A stretch of DNA of 32,000 bases, from assembly GCF_000009965.1 (NCBI RefSeq), contig NC_006624.1:1350001-1382000 (forward strand), read 5' to 3'. Every line of letters begins with the position of its first letter. Positions within the stretch are counted from its first letter, which is position 1. Shown here in pieces: positions 1-8,380 of the stretch. Both the position numbers and the translations under genes were made by a program. This stretch comes from Thermococcus kodakarensis KOD1. GTDB taxonomy: Archaea > Methanobacteriota_B > Thermococci > Thermococcales > Thermococcaceae. The notes below the pieces were generated by a model. That model ran no database searches. It saw only the letters and a program-made list of their open reading frames with translations, and had not been told where the DNA came from.

Positions 1-1198
1 TCGCTTCCCTCTCTTTGAGCTCCTTCCACTTAACCTCAACGAACAGCGCCTTCTTTTCACGCTCGTTGAGGGCAACGAGGTCAATCTCCTCGCCCTTGTG
101 CCACCAGCGGCCGAAGCGGTGGTACAAGCTGGGAAGGTGCCCCTTGGCCGAGAGCATTATCAGGAACTCCCTCGCAACCTTTTCGAAGGTAGTCCCCAGG
201 TAGGTGTTGAAGTTCTTCCTGAAGTCCTCTATGGCGGGCTCAGGATTGAGGCCCTCAATGTCCTCATAGTGCGGGCTGACGAAGCGGTAGTAGAAGCGGA
301 AGTACTCATCCTCGATTGTGTAGATCCCCCTCTTCGAGACCCTTTTGGTGACCGGAACCTCGCGCTTGACTATTCCAAGATTCTGGAGAACCCGAAGGTA
401 GGCCGGAAGGTCCTTCGCCTCCATCATCGCGTACTGGGAGATCTCGGTGAGCCTCGTCTTCCCCAGGGCTATGGCCTCGATGATCTGGGCGTAGGTCGTC
501 GGGTTTCTAAGCTCCTCCATTAGCAAAAGCCTCGCCTCGTTGAAGAGGAAAGCCGTTGGCTCAAAGAAGTTCGCGATTATCTCCTCGTCGCTCCCGTCCT
601 TTAAGAGCTCCATGTACCTCGGAACTCCCCAGGTGACGCCGTAGAGGCGGACGAGCCTCTCAAAATCGCTCCCGTACCATTCCACCATGTCAAAGAACCT
701 GAAGGGCTTCAGCTTCATTATACCCCTGGCCCTGCCGTAGAGGGGAGCCTTGTAGCCCAGAACCTCCCGCTCCATCATCCCCACACTTGAGCCCGAGAGG
801 ATGAGGGTGACCTGGGAGTCCTTGATTATGAGGTCTACTATCTCCTGGAACACTGAAACTATGGGTCTGTAGGCCTCTATGAGATAGGGAAACTCATCGA
901 TTACCACTACGAGCTTTCCCTGCTTTGTAAGGAACCTAAAAGCGTCCTCAAAGCTCCCGAACCTCACTGGCATACCAATGAACTCGCTCACTTCCTCCGA
1001 GAACCGTTCGAGGTCCTTTTCATACCCCCTCTGAGAGCACAGGAAGTAAATCCCCCTCTTGCCCTCAAGGAACTTTCTAAGGAGTGTTGTTTTCCCAACT
1101 CTCCTCCGCCCGTACACTACAATCAGGTTTGCCCCTCTGTTGTAGAGCTCCTCCAGCACCTCAAGCTCCCGTTTTCTGTTCACGAATTTACGGATCAT
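1..1198 (-). CDS. Archaeal AAA-type ATPase (Arch_ATPase-like) + wHTH + C-terminal DUF234-like PD-(D/E)xK module; 3' end lies beyond window start
   Basis: Edge ORF missing from the supplied track. My hand translation of the minus strand from ATG (complement of 1196-1198) stays open to base 1 (~399 codons): MIRKFVNRKRELEVLEELYNRGANLIVVYGRRRVGKTTLLRKF... Walker A GRRRVGKTT, Walker B LVVVIDEF, later ...WHKGEEIDLVALNEREKKALFVEVKWKEL (D..ExK). Confidence 0.85.
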   Translation of the reverse strand, partial: MIRKFVNRKRELEVLEELYNRGANLIVVYGRRRVGKTTLLRKFLEGKRGIYFLCSQRGYEKDLERFSEEVSEFIGMPVRFGSFEDAFRFLTKQGKLVVVIDEFPYLIEAYRPIVSVFQEIVDLIIKDSQVTLILSGSSVGMMEREVLGYKAPLYGRARGIMKLKPFRFFDMVEWYGSDFERLVRLYGVTWGVPRYMELLKDGSDEEIIANFFEPTAFLFNEARLLLMEELRNPTTYAQIIEAIALGKTRLTEISQYAMMEAKDLPAYLRVLQNLGIVKREVPVTKRVSKRGIYTIEDEYFRFYYRFVSPHYEDIEGLNPEPAIEDFRKNFNTYLGTTFEKVAREFLIMLSAKGHLPSLYHRFGRWWHKGEEIDLVALNEREKKALFVEVKWKELKEREA

Positions 1199-1220
1199 AA
1201 TTATAATAACCGTGATTCGA

Positions 1221-1230
1221 ATATTTAAAC
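1221..1230 (-). promoter_or_regulatory. TATA-box candidate for the ATPase gene (leaderless geometry)
   Basis: Minus-strand TTTAAATAT centred ~27 nt upstream of the ATG at 1198, with no SD in between. Confidence 0.45.
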
Positions 1231-1261
1231 CTTTCCCAGCTTGGAAATGAATGGAAATCCT

Positions 1262-2404
1262 TCAGTCCACGAACGCCAGCCCGTTCCACAGCTCCCGGAT
1301 TTCCCTCGTCGCGTCCGGATAGACCCGCTTGAAGGTTATCCTCCAGTAACCGTTGCCGAGGTCTTCGATGTCCTCGATATGTATCTTAACCCCCAGCCTC
1401 TCAAAGTGGGTCACCATCTTGTGAGCGGTCGTTATGTTCTTGACGCGGACGGTGAAGGTCTCGTCAACCTCGCCGCCGTTGGCAACTTCATGAATGCTCT
1501 CGACGAAGGGCCTCAGAAGGGCAGTGCCGAGGGCCTTTGCATAGTTTTCGAACTCCTCTCCCCTAACGTGGTTTTCGGCGAGATAGAAGGCGAGCCTCTT
1601 TATCCTCCCCATGAAGTAGCCGTGAGGTAAGTCGAAGAAGATGTGTGAGCCTATCTTTATGTCGTTTATGTTGGCGTAGGGAGTGACGTACTTCGCGATT
1701 CTCCTCATGTCGGGGCTTTTCATGACTATGCCCTCTCTTTTTTCCTCGCTGAGCCACTCAATAAGCTCTTTCAGCTCCCCAACCTTGGAAGAGTCGTAGA
1801 GGCCGAAGCGCTCCACCTGCGGGATTCCGTACTCCTCAGCCAGCCTGTACCTTTCCTCCGCCGGAAGACTCCTCCCGGTTCCCTTCTCTTGAATATCGAA
1901 GAGGAAGAACTCAATGTCCTCCTTGACGTAGGGCGGCCCCTCAACGAGGTAGGGGCTTTCAGGCCCGGCCATCTCACCGACCAGGACGAGGTTTGGATAG
2001 TCCTTGAAGAAGTCGAAGTTCACGAAGTCCTCAATCCTCTCGGTCGTGAAGGGGCAGACGAAGCCGCCTCGCGTTATCGCAAGAATCTTATCCTTTACCT
2101 TGACGACGCGGACGTTGTACCCATCAACCTTCTCCTCCACGTAGAAGGGTTTGTTCTTGAAAACGCGCCTTATGCCGTTTTCAAGCTGGACGACGCGCTT
2201 TATGTGTGGAAAACCGAGAACAGCTTCCCCAGTTTCGAATACCACAGTCCCCCTCCTGAAGTTCCTCGCCGAATCCCTGAAGCGGACGTACCTGATTCCC
2301 TCGAACTCGTCCTCGGCTAAGGCCCCCTTTCCTTCAAGGACTTCCAGCCTCTCCTCTGGAAGGCCCAGCTTGAGGAGCAGGTTCCTGAAGTACGAGCTTA
2401 CCAT
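1262..2404 (-). CDS. ATP-dependent RNA ligase, Rnl3 family (Pab1020-like)
   Basis: Track ORF is 1262-2446. Preferred start is ATG at 2402-2404 (MVSSYF...), preceded by GGTGGTGAGAGG. Nucleotidyltransferase motif I EEKVDGYNVR (KxDG lysine) and EGIVMKS (motif IV-like). The ~380 aa length and overall sequence match my memory of the Pyrococcus abyssi Pab1020 RNA ligase. Confidence 0.9.
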   Translation of the reverse strand: MVSSYFRNLLLKLGLPEERLEVLEGKGALAEDEFEGIRYVRFRDSARNFRRGTVVFETGEAVLGFPHIKRVVQLENGIRRVFKNKPFYVEEKVDGYNVRVVKVKDKILAITRGGFVCPFTTERIEDFVNFDFFKDYPNLVLVGEMAGPESPYLVEGPPYVKEDIEFFLFDIQEKGTGRSLPAEERYRLAEEYGIPQVERFGLYDSSKVGELKELIEWLSEEKREGIVMKSPDMRRIAKYVTPYANINDIKIGSHIFFDLPHGYFMGRIKRLAFYLAENHVRGEEFENYAKALGTALLRPFVESIHEVANGGEVDETFTVRVKNITTAHKMVTHFERLGVKIHIEDIEDLGNGYWRITFKRVYPDATREIRELWNGLAFVD

Positions 2405-2552
2405 CCTCTCACCACCAGTAAGTATGGCAGCATCATTAATAATCATTATTATGAATCTGCATCACCCAGAAACACAAGACAAAACGTGAGGACTGAAGGC
2501 AGTACAGAACCTGCTTGAGGGATAAAGCATAGAAAAGTAGGGAAAAGTCGGT

Positions 2553-3101
2553 TCAGAGCTTCATCGTGGAGAGAACCTTGGTGGTAACGTCGTTGCCTTC
2601 CTTGTCGTAGATCCTGTAGTAAGCACTGTACGGAAGCTTCATCTTGGCCCTGTGCATTGCACCAAGGGCGAACTTGAGGTGCTGGCCGTTCACCCAGACG
2701 GTGAGTATCTTCTGGTCCTTCCTGACGCGAGCAGCTAATCCAATCGGCTTTCCGAAGGGCCTGCGCATACCGTTTCCGTAACGGTCGGCCTTCCTTCCGG
2801 TAGCCATCGGGTTCTCACGGAGAACCTGGAACGGGTAAACCCTTATCTTGAAGTGGTAGTTGCTCCTACCGACGTTCTTCTGGAGGTATCTGTTGACCTG
2901 GATACGGATGGCCTCGAGGGCGTTCTGCCTGATCTGCATGGCCTGCTCGGCGTGAAGGCTCACCTCGTACTCGAACTCGGCTGAGAGGTTGCCCATGTCG
3001 AAGATCGTTATCTTTGGACCGGGGGCACCGCGGATGTATTCCCTCCTCGTGTAAGCGGGCTTGTCAACGTCCCTATCAATCTTTGCTGGCCTAAGTCCCA
3101 T
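2553..3101 (-). CDS. rpl10e: 50S ribosomal protein L10e (uL16)
   Basis: Track ORF is 2553-3209. The internal ATG at 3099-3101 ([38 protein letters not shown]...) is preceded by GGAGGTGAG (3104-3112). 182 aa, typical L10e sequence. Confidence 0.93.
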
Positions 3102-3153
3102 ACTCTCACCTCCAAATGAGCGTAAGTTAAAGCCTAAACTTAGCTGGCCATCG

Positions 3154-3165
3154 CTTTTATAAAAG
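3154..3165 (-). promoter_or_regulatory. Palindromic TATA-like element upstream of rpl10e
   Basis: CTTTTATAAAAG lies ~55-60 nt upstream of the rpl10e ATG, just downstream of the MFS gene stop. Assignment as the promoter is tentative. Confidence 0.35.
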
Positions 3166-3195
3166 TTTTGGATGGTGAAATCTCCAACAGAGTCC

Positions 3196-4425
3196 TTACT
3201 CCCTCCCACCTTTAAGCTTAACGGCCTGAATTAGAAGGGCCAGCGAGACCGGCGTAAATGCCAAAAGCGCCCCGTTCAAGGTAACCCCAATGTGGATTTC
3301 TCCTATTGAGTACACAAGGCCAAAGAAAACCCCTCCGATGAAAGTCGATAGGTTCTGGACACCGTTAACCCCGCCTATGGCCAGGGAGGAGCGGTGGTAG
3401 CTGGCGAGCACCTTCCTAGATATGGGCCTAAAGCTCTGGAAGCCGAAGAGCGCGAGGAATATTCCGAGGAAAACGGTGAACGATGTTTTAACGGCCGCGA
3501 GGATCGGAGAAATCCCCGCAAGTACGGCCGTCAGCTTTACCATCCCAACCTCGCTGACCTTATCCGCGAACCAGGAGGAGAAGTAGCTGAGAAGGGAAGC
3601 GAAGAAGCCAACCCACCCCAGCAGGGTCGCGGTAGTTGCCTTTTCCAGTCCAAGGGCCTCGGAGACGTAGACGTACGTTATCTCTCCGGAGGTAAAGGCC
3701 ACTATGACCGCCATCAGGGAGGCTATCACGAGGACTTTTCTCGGGTCGAGGGAGGGCCTTTGAGAGCTCTTTTTCTCCCTTTTCGGTGCTACCCAGTCGT
3801 TCAGGAGGATGTAAGCGATTATCATTATCAGCCCGGTCAGCACAAAGAAGACAGAAGATACCCACATCTGGCCAGAAAGTCCCAAATCTATTGTGTAGGC
3901 ATAAACGTAGTTGCCGAGGAGGGAAGCGATGCTGCCGAAAAAGAAGTAAACGGCCGTAACCCGGGCCCTTATCTCCTGTGGAGCCGCCACGGCAACGACG
4001 AACTGGGCCATGGGCCAGCTGAGGCCGTTGAGAAAGCCGTTGAGGAGCTTTATTCCAGCCACCTGAATCCAGTTAGAGGTGAGGGGGTAGAGGTGAACGG
4101 CCAGGGCGTTCCCCATCATGGCGATTCCGCCGATGTGGAGGATGGACTTCCTCTTCTCAAGGAGGAGGCCACCGAACACCGAGGAAAAAGCCCTCGCCAG
4201 AACAAAGGACATGGAAACTATTGAAACCGCCAGCATGCTCGCGCTGAGCGTGTCCCTCGTGTAGAAGGCTATGGCGGGTGTGGCGAGACGAAAGGCGAGA
4301 GTGCCCGTGAAGGCAGAGAGCACGAGCAGGACGATGCCGGCGAGTCTTCTCCGTTCCATCAGACCACCGACTGAACGTTTGAGTACCTGTTTAAAAGTCT
4401 TGGGTGGAGTGAATGAAATTCTCAT
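3196..4425 (-). CDS. MFS-type transporter (about 12 TM helices)
   Basis: 409-aa ORF that is hydrophobic throughout with two six-helix halves. AGTTAATC TATA-like element ~30 nt upstream of the ATG at 4425. Alternative start is M23 (4359). Confidence 0.8.
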   Translation of the reverse strand: MRISFTPPKTFKQVLKRSVGGLMERRRLAGIVLLVLSAFTGTLAFRLATPAIAFYTRDTLSASMLAVSIVSMSFVLARAFSSVFGGLLLEKRKSILHIGGIAMMGNALAVHLYPLTSNWIQVAGIKLLNGFLNGLSWPMAQFVVAVAAPQEIRARVTAVYFFFGSIASLLGNYVYAYTIDLGLSGQMWVSSVFFVLTGLIMIIAYILLNDWVAPKREKKSSQRPSLDPRKVLVIASLMAVIVAFTSGEITYVYVSEALGLEKATTATLLGWVGFFASLLSYFSSWFADKVSEVGMVKLTAVLAGISPILAAVKTSFTVFLGIFLALFGFQSFRPISRKVLASYHRSSLAIGGVNGVQNLSTFIGGVFFGLVYSIGEIHIGVTLNGALLAFTPVSLALLIQAVKLKGGRE

Positions 4426-4522
4426 TAAAGATGAAGTTTCCGATTAACTTTCGGAGAGCCTTTGATAGGTCTAAAGCAAACCCTTTTTACCCCCTTGAGC
4501 AACTAAGGGCGAGGTGATAACT

Positions 4523-5680
4523 ATGGAGCTCCACTTTGACATGACCTATGAGGACGCCTACAGAGAAGTTTACGAGATGGTGAAGCCGAAGTACAAGCTC
4601 TTTACAGCCGGTCCCGTCGCGTGCTTCCCCGAGGTTCTCGCTATTATGAGCGTCCAGATGTTCAGCCACCGCTCTGCCGAGGCGAAGGCCGTTCACGTTG
4701 ACACGCTCAACAGGCTCAAGGCCTTTCTCGAGGCCGACAAGGGGGAGATAATACTATTCCCGAGCTCCGGAACAGGCTTCATGGAGGCAGCAGTCAGGAA
4801 TACGATTCCACGCGGCGGAAAGGTTCTTGTCACGGTTATTGGAGCGTTTGGAAAGCGCTTTGCAGATGTTGTGAACGCCAACGGAAGGGAAGCCGTTATC
4901 CTTGAGAAAGAGCCTGGAAAGGCCATAAAGCCCGAGGAACTCGACGATGCCCTCAGGAAAAATCCAGACGTCCACGCGGTTACGATAACCTACAACGAGA
5001 CCTCAACCGGTGTCCTCAACCCGCTCCCCGAGCTGGCCAAGGTGGTTCAGGAGCACGACAAGCTCCTCTTCGTCGATGCGGTCTCAGCTATGGGCGGAGC
5101 GGACATCAAGTTCGACAAGTGGGGTCTCGACATGATATTCGCGAGCTCTCAGAAGGCCTTCGGCGTCCCGCCGGGACTGGCCGTAGCGGCTGTCAGTGAG
5201 AGAGTCTTCGAGATAGCCGAGAAGATGCCGGAGCGCGGCTGGTACTTTGACTTGCCCCTCTACAAGAAGTTCAACGAGAAGAAGAAGGGAACGCCCTCGA
5301 CTCCACCGCTCCCGCAGATATTCGGTCTCAACGTCGTTCTCAGGATAGTTGAGAAAATGGGCGGCAAGGAAGCCTGGCTCGACATGTACAGGAAGAGAAG
5401 CGAGATGATAAGGGAAGGCGTGAAGGAGATGGGCCTCGGAATCCTCGCCGAGCCGGGCTACGAGAGCCCCACTATTACAGCTGTCGTTGTCCCGGAGGGA
5501 ATGAAGGGAGTTGACGTTTACAACGCGATGCGCGAGAGGGGCTTCGAGCTTGCCAAGGGCTACGGAAGCGTCGCCGAGAAGACCTTCCGCATTGGCAACA
5601 TGGGTTACATGACCTTCGACGACATAAGGGAGATGCTCGACAACCTCAGGGAAGTCATAGAGGAGCTCAAGAAGAAGTGA
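4523..5680 (+). CDS. Class V PLP aminotransferase (alanine/serine-glyoxylate aminotransferase-like)
   Basis: Track ORF starts at GTG 4514. ATG 4523 follows GAGGTGAT (4511-4518). The SSQKAFGVPPGLA block carries the class V PLP-lysine motif. ~385 aa. Confidence 0.88.
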   Translation: MELHFDMTYEDAYREVYEMVKPKYKLFTAGPVACFPEVLAIMSVQMFSHRSAEAKAVHVDTLNRLKAFLEADKGEIILFPSSGTGFMEAAVRNTIPRGGKVLVTVIGAFGKRFADVVNANGREAVILEKEPGKAIKPEELDDALRKNPDVHAVTITYNETSTGVLNPLPELAKVVQEHDKLLFVDAVSAMGGADIKFDKWGLDMIFASSQKAFGVPPGLAVAAVSERVFEIAEKMPERGWYFDLPLYKKFNEKKKGTPSTPPLPQIFGLNVVLRIVEKMGGKEAWLDMYRKRSEMIREGVKEMGLGILAEPGYESPTITAVVVPEGMKGVDVYNAMRERGFELAKGYGSVAEKTFRIGNMGYMTFDDIREMLDNLREVIEELKKK

Positions 5681-5760
5681 TTCCAATTCTCCCTCTTTTC
5701 CCCTTCTTATCCCCCATAATTGAAGAATTTGGCTAAAGTACGAGAAAAGAAAATCGATGG

Positions 5761-6342
5761 TTAAAGAATCTGGATCAGCTCCCCGTCCTTGACCTTGTAA
5801 ATCCTGTTTATCTTCCTGAGCCCGGTTCTCCAGTCCCTCGCCAGCTCGACAACCACGTCAAACCTGTTGAAAGTGTCCTCGTCTATCCTGAGCCAGTGCA
5901 TAACCTCGCCTTTGATGTCATCAGTCAGCGCGAGTGACGTCACAATAAACGCATAGTCGTCTATTAGGGTCTTGAGTATCGTAGCGACGTCAACCGTGTG
6001 AACCGTATCGATGACAACGTAATCCGGGTTGATGCGCCTTATTTTCTCTATGACTTCAGAAGTTCTAACATCCGTAGAGCGCCTGTCGAACTCCGTGTCA
6101 ACGACCTCGATGTTGGGCCTGAAGGGCTTGAACTCACCGTAGGCCGTGATAACGGCGATCTTCCATTCGTCGGGGACGTAGTGAAGGAGAGCCTCAACGA
6201 GCTTTGTCTTTCCGCTCCTGCTCGTTCCAACTATGAGGATGTCCTTTTTTTCGAGAACTGCCTCCCTGAGAACTTCCAGCTGTTCGGGCCTTGCGGAACC
6301 GTACCTGACGAGGTCTTCGGGGGTAAAGATGTAGACTCCCAT
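5761..6342 (-). CDS. Stand-alone P-loop NTPase resembling the ATPase core of type II/IV secretion (VirB11/FlaI/PilT) ATPases, with degenerate downstream motifs
   Basis: 193 aa. Walker A GTSRSGKT. RINPDYVVIDTVHT aligns by eye to the R.RPD.IIVGE.R Walker B region but lacks the GE. SD GGTGGT lies 3 nt before the ATG. Confidence 0.7.
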   Translation of the reverse strand: MGVYIFTPEDLVRYGSARPEQLEVLREAVLEKKDILIVGTSRSGKTKLVEALLHYVPDEWKIAVITAYGEFKPFRPNIEVVDTEFDRRSTDVRTSEVIEKIRRINPDYVVIDTVHTVDVATILKTLIDDYAFIVTSLALTDDIKGEVMHWLRIDEDTFNRFDVVVELARDWRTGLRKINRIYKVKDGELIQIL

Positions 6343-6554
6343 GATACCACCGATTTTAGTTGTTTCTCAGTGGTTATAACGATATCGAGTCTCAAAACCC
6401 GGAAAAGATTGAACACTGCTATCCTGATTGGCACTACATTCTTGTCTTTATGTCAAAAATTTAGGAAATAATCTGTTAAAATTGGCCCAAATGACAGCTA
6501 TTTTTGGATAAAAGACATAAAGAAGAAGCGCTCAATTATCCACCGGTGATGCTC

Positions 6555-7454
6555 ATGAACGCAGTCCAGATGGTAAGCAGGAGAATAGAACCCGTTGTTA
6601 GGGTGCAGACCGAGGCCATAAGATACCTCACCAGCGAGCTGACTTCCAGAGGGTTTAGGTGGCTATTACCAGTCATGCTCAGCTCGATAACAGACCCGCT
6701 CTGGCCCGACCCGGCCGCGAGCAAGATGAGAGCGCCTGAGATTGAAGCGTATGGCAGTAAGCTGAAGCTCATGCACAGCATGATCCTCCATAAGCAGTTT
6801 GCTGTAGCAATGGGTCTGGAAAAGATCTTCGTCCTTTCGCCAAACATCAGGCTTGAGGAGAGAGAAAGCGACGACGGAAGACACGCCTACGAGTTCACCC
6901 AGCTCGACTTTGAAATATCCCACGCCAGCATGGACGACGTTATGAGGCTGGTAGAAGAACTAATCGTGGGCCTGTTCAGGGAGCTCAGGGGGCCAGTGTG
7001 GGAAACTTTTGAGAGAGAACTGCCGAGAGTGAAGCGGCCCTTCAAACGCTTTACCCTTGAAGAAGTTATTGAGGAGTTTGGCAGTGAAGAGAAAGCAAGC
7101 AGAGAGATGGGCGAACCCTTCTGGATAACAGACATACCAAGGGAGTTCTACGACAGGGAAGTCGATGGAGTCTGGAGGAACTACGATCTCTATCTCCCGG
7201 AAGGCTACGGCGAGGTCTCCAGCGGCGGCGAGAGGGAGTGGGAGTACGAGAAGATACAGAGGAAGATTAGGGAAGCGGGGCTGAGCGAAGAGGCCTTCAG
7301 GCCCTACCTCGAAGTTGCTAAGGCCGGGATGCTGAAGCCGAGTGCGGGGGCCGGGATTGGCATCGAGAGACTGGTCAGGTACATAGTCGGGGCGAAGCAC
7401 ATCGCCGAAGTTCAGCCATTCCCGAGAGTGCCGGGAATTCCGGCGGTGATATGA
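6555..7454 (+). CDS. asnA: Archaeal asparagine synthetase A (AsnRS-like class II aaRS catalytic core without anticodon-binding domain)
   Basis: Track ORF starts at TTG 6504. ATG 6555 (MNAVQMVSRR...) follows GGTGAT and matches the N-terminus I recall for the P. abyssi enzyme. Blocks GLEKIFVLSPNIRLE, DGRHAYEFTQLDFE, GYGEVSSGGEREWEYEKI, SAGAGIGIERLVR and AEVQPFPRVPGIPAVI (class II motifs 2/3). Confidence 0.9.
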   Translation: MNAVQMVSRRIEPVVRVQTEAIRYLTSELTSRGFRWLLPVMLSSITDPLWPDPAASKMRAPEIEAYGSKLKLMHSMILHKQFAVAMGLEKIFVLSPNIRLEERESDDGRHAYEFTQLDFEISHASMDDVMRLVEELIVGLFRELRGPVWETFERELPRVKRPFKRFTLEEVIEEFGSEEKASREMGEPFWITDIPREFYDREVDGVWRNYDLYLPEGYGEVSSGGEREWEYEKIQRKIREAGLSEEAFRPYLEVAKAGMLKPSAGAGIGIERLVRYIVGAKHIAEVQPFPRVPGIPAVI

Positions 7455-7456
7455 GC

Positions 7457-8290
7457 TTATCGTTCAATTTTTCCCTCAAGGTTCAGCTTTTTCAGGACGA
7501 TTTCCCACTGCCTCTCGGGAACTTCGGGGGGAGCGGTAAGCTTCTCAGCCCTCTCCCTGTCCATTAAGCCGTACCTCACGAGGGCCGCTATCCTCCTGTG
7601 CTCAAAGGAGTGCCCGTGAACCTTGTAGTAGCGCTCAAGAGCCGGGCCAAGAACGAGGCAGTTGGTCGTGTAGCCTGGGAGCTCAGGGAACTCAAAGGGG
7701 AGCTTTTCCAGGATTTCAAACCTCTCGCGCTCCGTCATCAGGGAGAGTAGCCTTATCTGGATAACACCACCGCTCATGAGCCTGTAGGGCTTGTGGCCGA
7801 AGGGAAGCTCATGGCCGGTGATGATGTAGCGGTAGCCGTTTTTCAGGGCGTACTTTCGGAGTCTCTCCATCGTCCTCCTCGAACAGGCCCTGCAGGGACT
7901 TTGGGCCTTCAGCAGGGCCTCCCTGAAGATGTCCGAGTAGTCGTAGCGGAGGATTTTGAAGAGGACTCCAAGGGCCTCGGCCATCCTCCGGGCGTTCTCG
8001 ATGGCTTCCTCTGCCATTAACCCGTGGTCTACCATTACAGCCTCAAGCTCCGGGACTTTGTAGACTTCCTTCGCCAGATAAAGGGCAACGACGCTGTCCT
8101 TCCCTCCAGAGTAAGCCACGATGGCCCTATCAACTTTCTCCATCAGCTCATCAAGTTCTCTTCTGATTTTCTCCCTGTCAAAGGGATGCTTTAGATAAAC
8201 CTGGCACTCCCTACATATCGGATTTCCGTTGATTATGTCTATCGTCGCAGTCCTCTCATCATGAATGCAGATTGAACACTTCAGCACCAC
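7457..8290 (-). CDS. PP-loop (adenine nucleotide alpha-hydrolase) family ATP pyrophosphatase with N-terminal zinc ribbon; function unknown
   Basis: 277 aa, GTG start. CSIC...CREC N-terminal cysteine pairs, PP-loop AYSGGKDS, second cysteine pair SPCRAC. TTTTTAAG TATA-like element ~30 nt upstream. Confidence 0.8.
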   Translation of the reverse strand: MVLKCSICIHDERTATIDIINGNPICRECQVYLKHPFDREKIRRELDELMEKVDRAIVAYSGGKDSVVALYLAKEVYKVPELEAVMVDHGLMAEEAIENARRMAEALGVLFKILRYDYSDIFREALLKAQSPCRACSRRTMERLRKYALKNGYRYIITGHELPFGHKPYRLMSGGVIQIRLLSLMTERERFEILEKLPFEFPELPGYTTNCLVLGPALERYYKVHGHSFEHRRIAALVRYGLMDRERAEKLTAPPEVPERQWEIVLKKLNLEGKIER

Positions 8291-8380
8291 TAACCCCCAC
8301 TCGGTCGGTGAATGGGGGTCTTAAAAACACTTCTCTCTTTACTTCTTTTGAAAGCCTCGCCGTTCACGGCGGGGAGAAGG

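Noticed and set aside
15-523. Plus-strand ORFs 15-203 and 98-523 from the track
   Set aside because: They are antisense to a continuous, motif-bearing minus-strand ATPase frame (Walker A/B) that fills 1-1198. Their translations are Arg/Pro/Leu-rich and low in information.
2436-2490. GTGATGC / ATGATGC box-like strings on the minus strand upstream of the RNA ligase gene
   Set aside because: There are no CUGA D or D' boxes at any sensible spacing. The region is better explained as the A/T-rich ligase promoter.
3394-4224. 276-aa plus-strand ORF
   Set aside because: It is entirely antisense to the MFS transporter gene. Its Gly/Arg/Glu-rich sequence has no hydrophobic core or motif, which is typical of a shadow ORF in GC-rich coding DNA.
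5084-5686. 200-aa minus-strand ORF
   Set aside because: It is antisense to the class V aminotransferase, which has the PLP-lysine motif. It has no start context.
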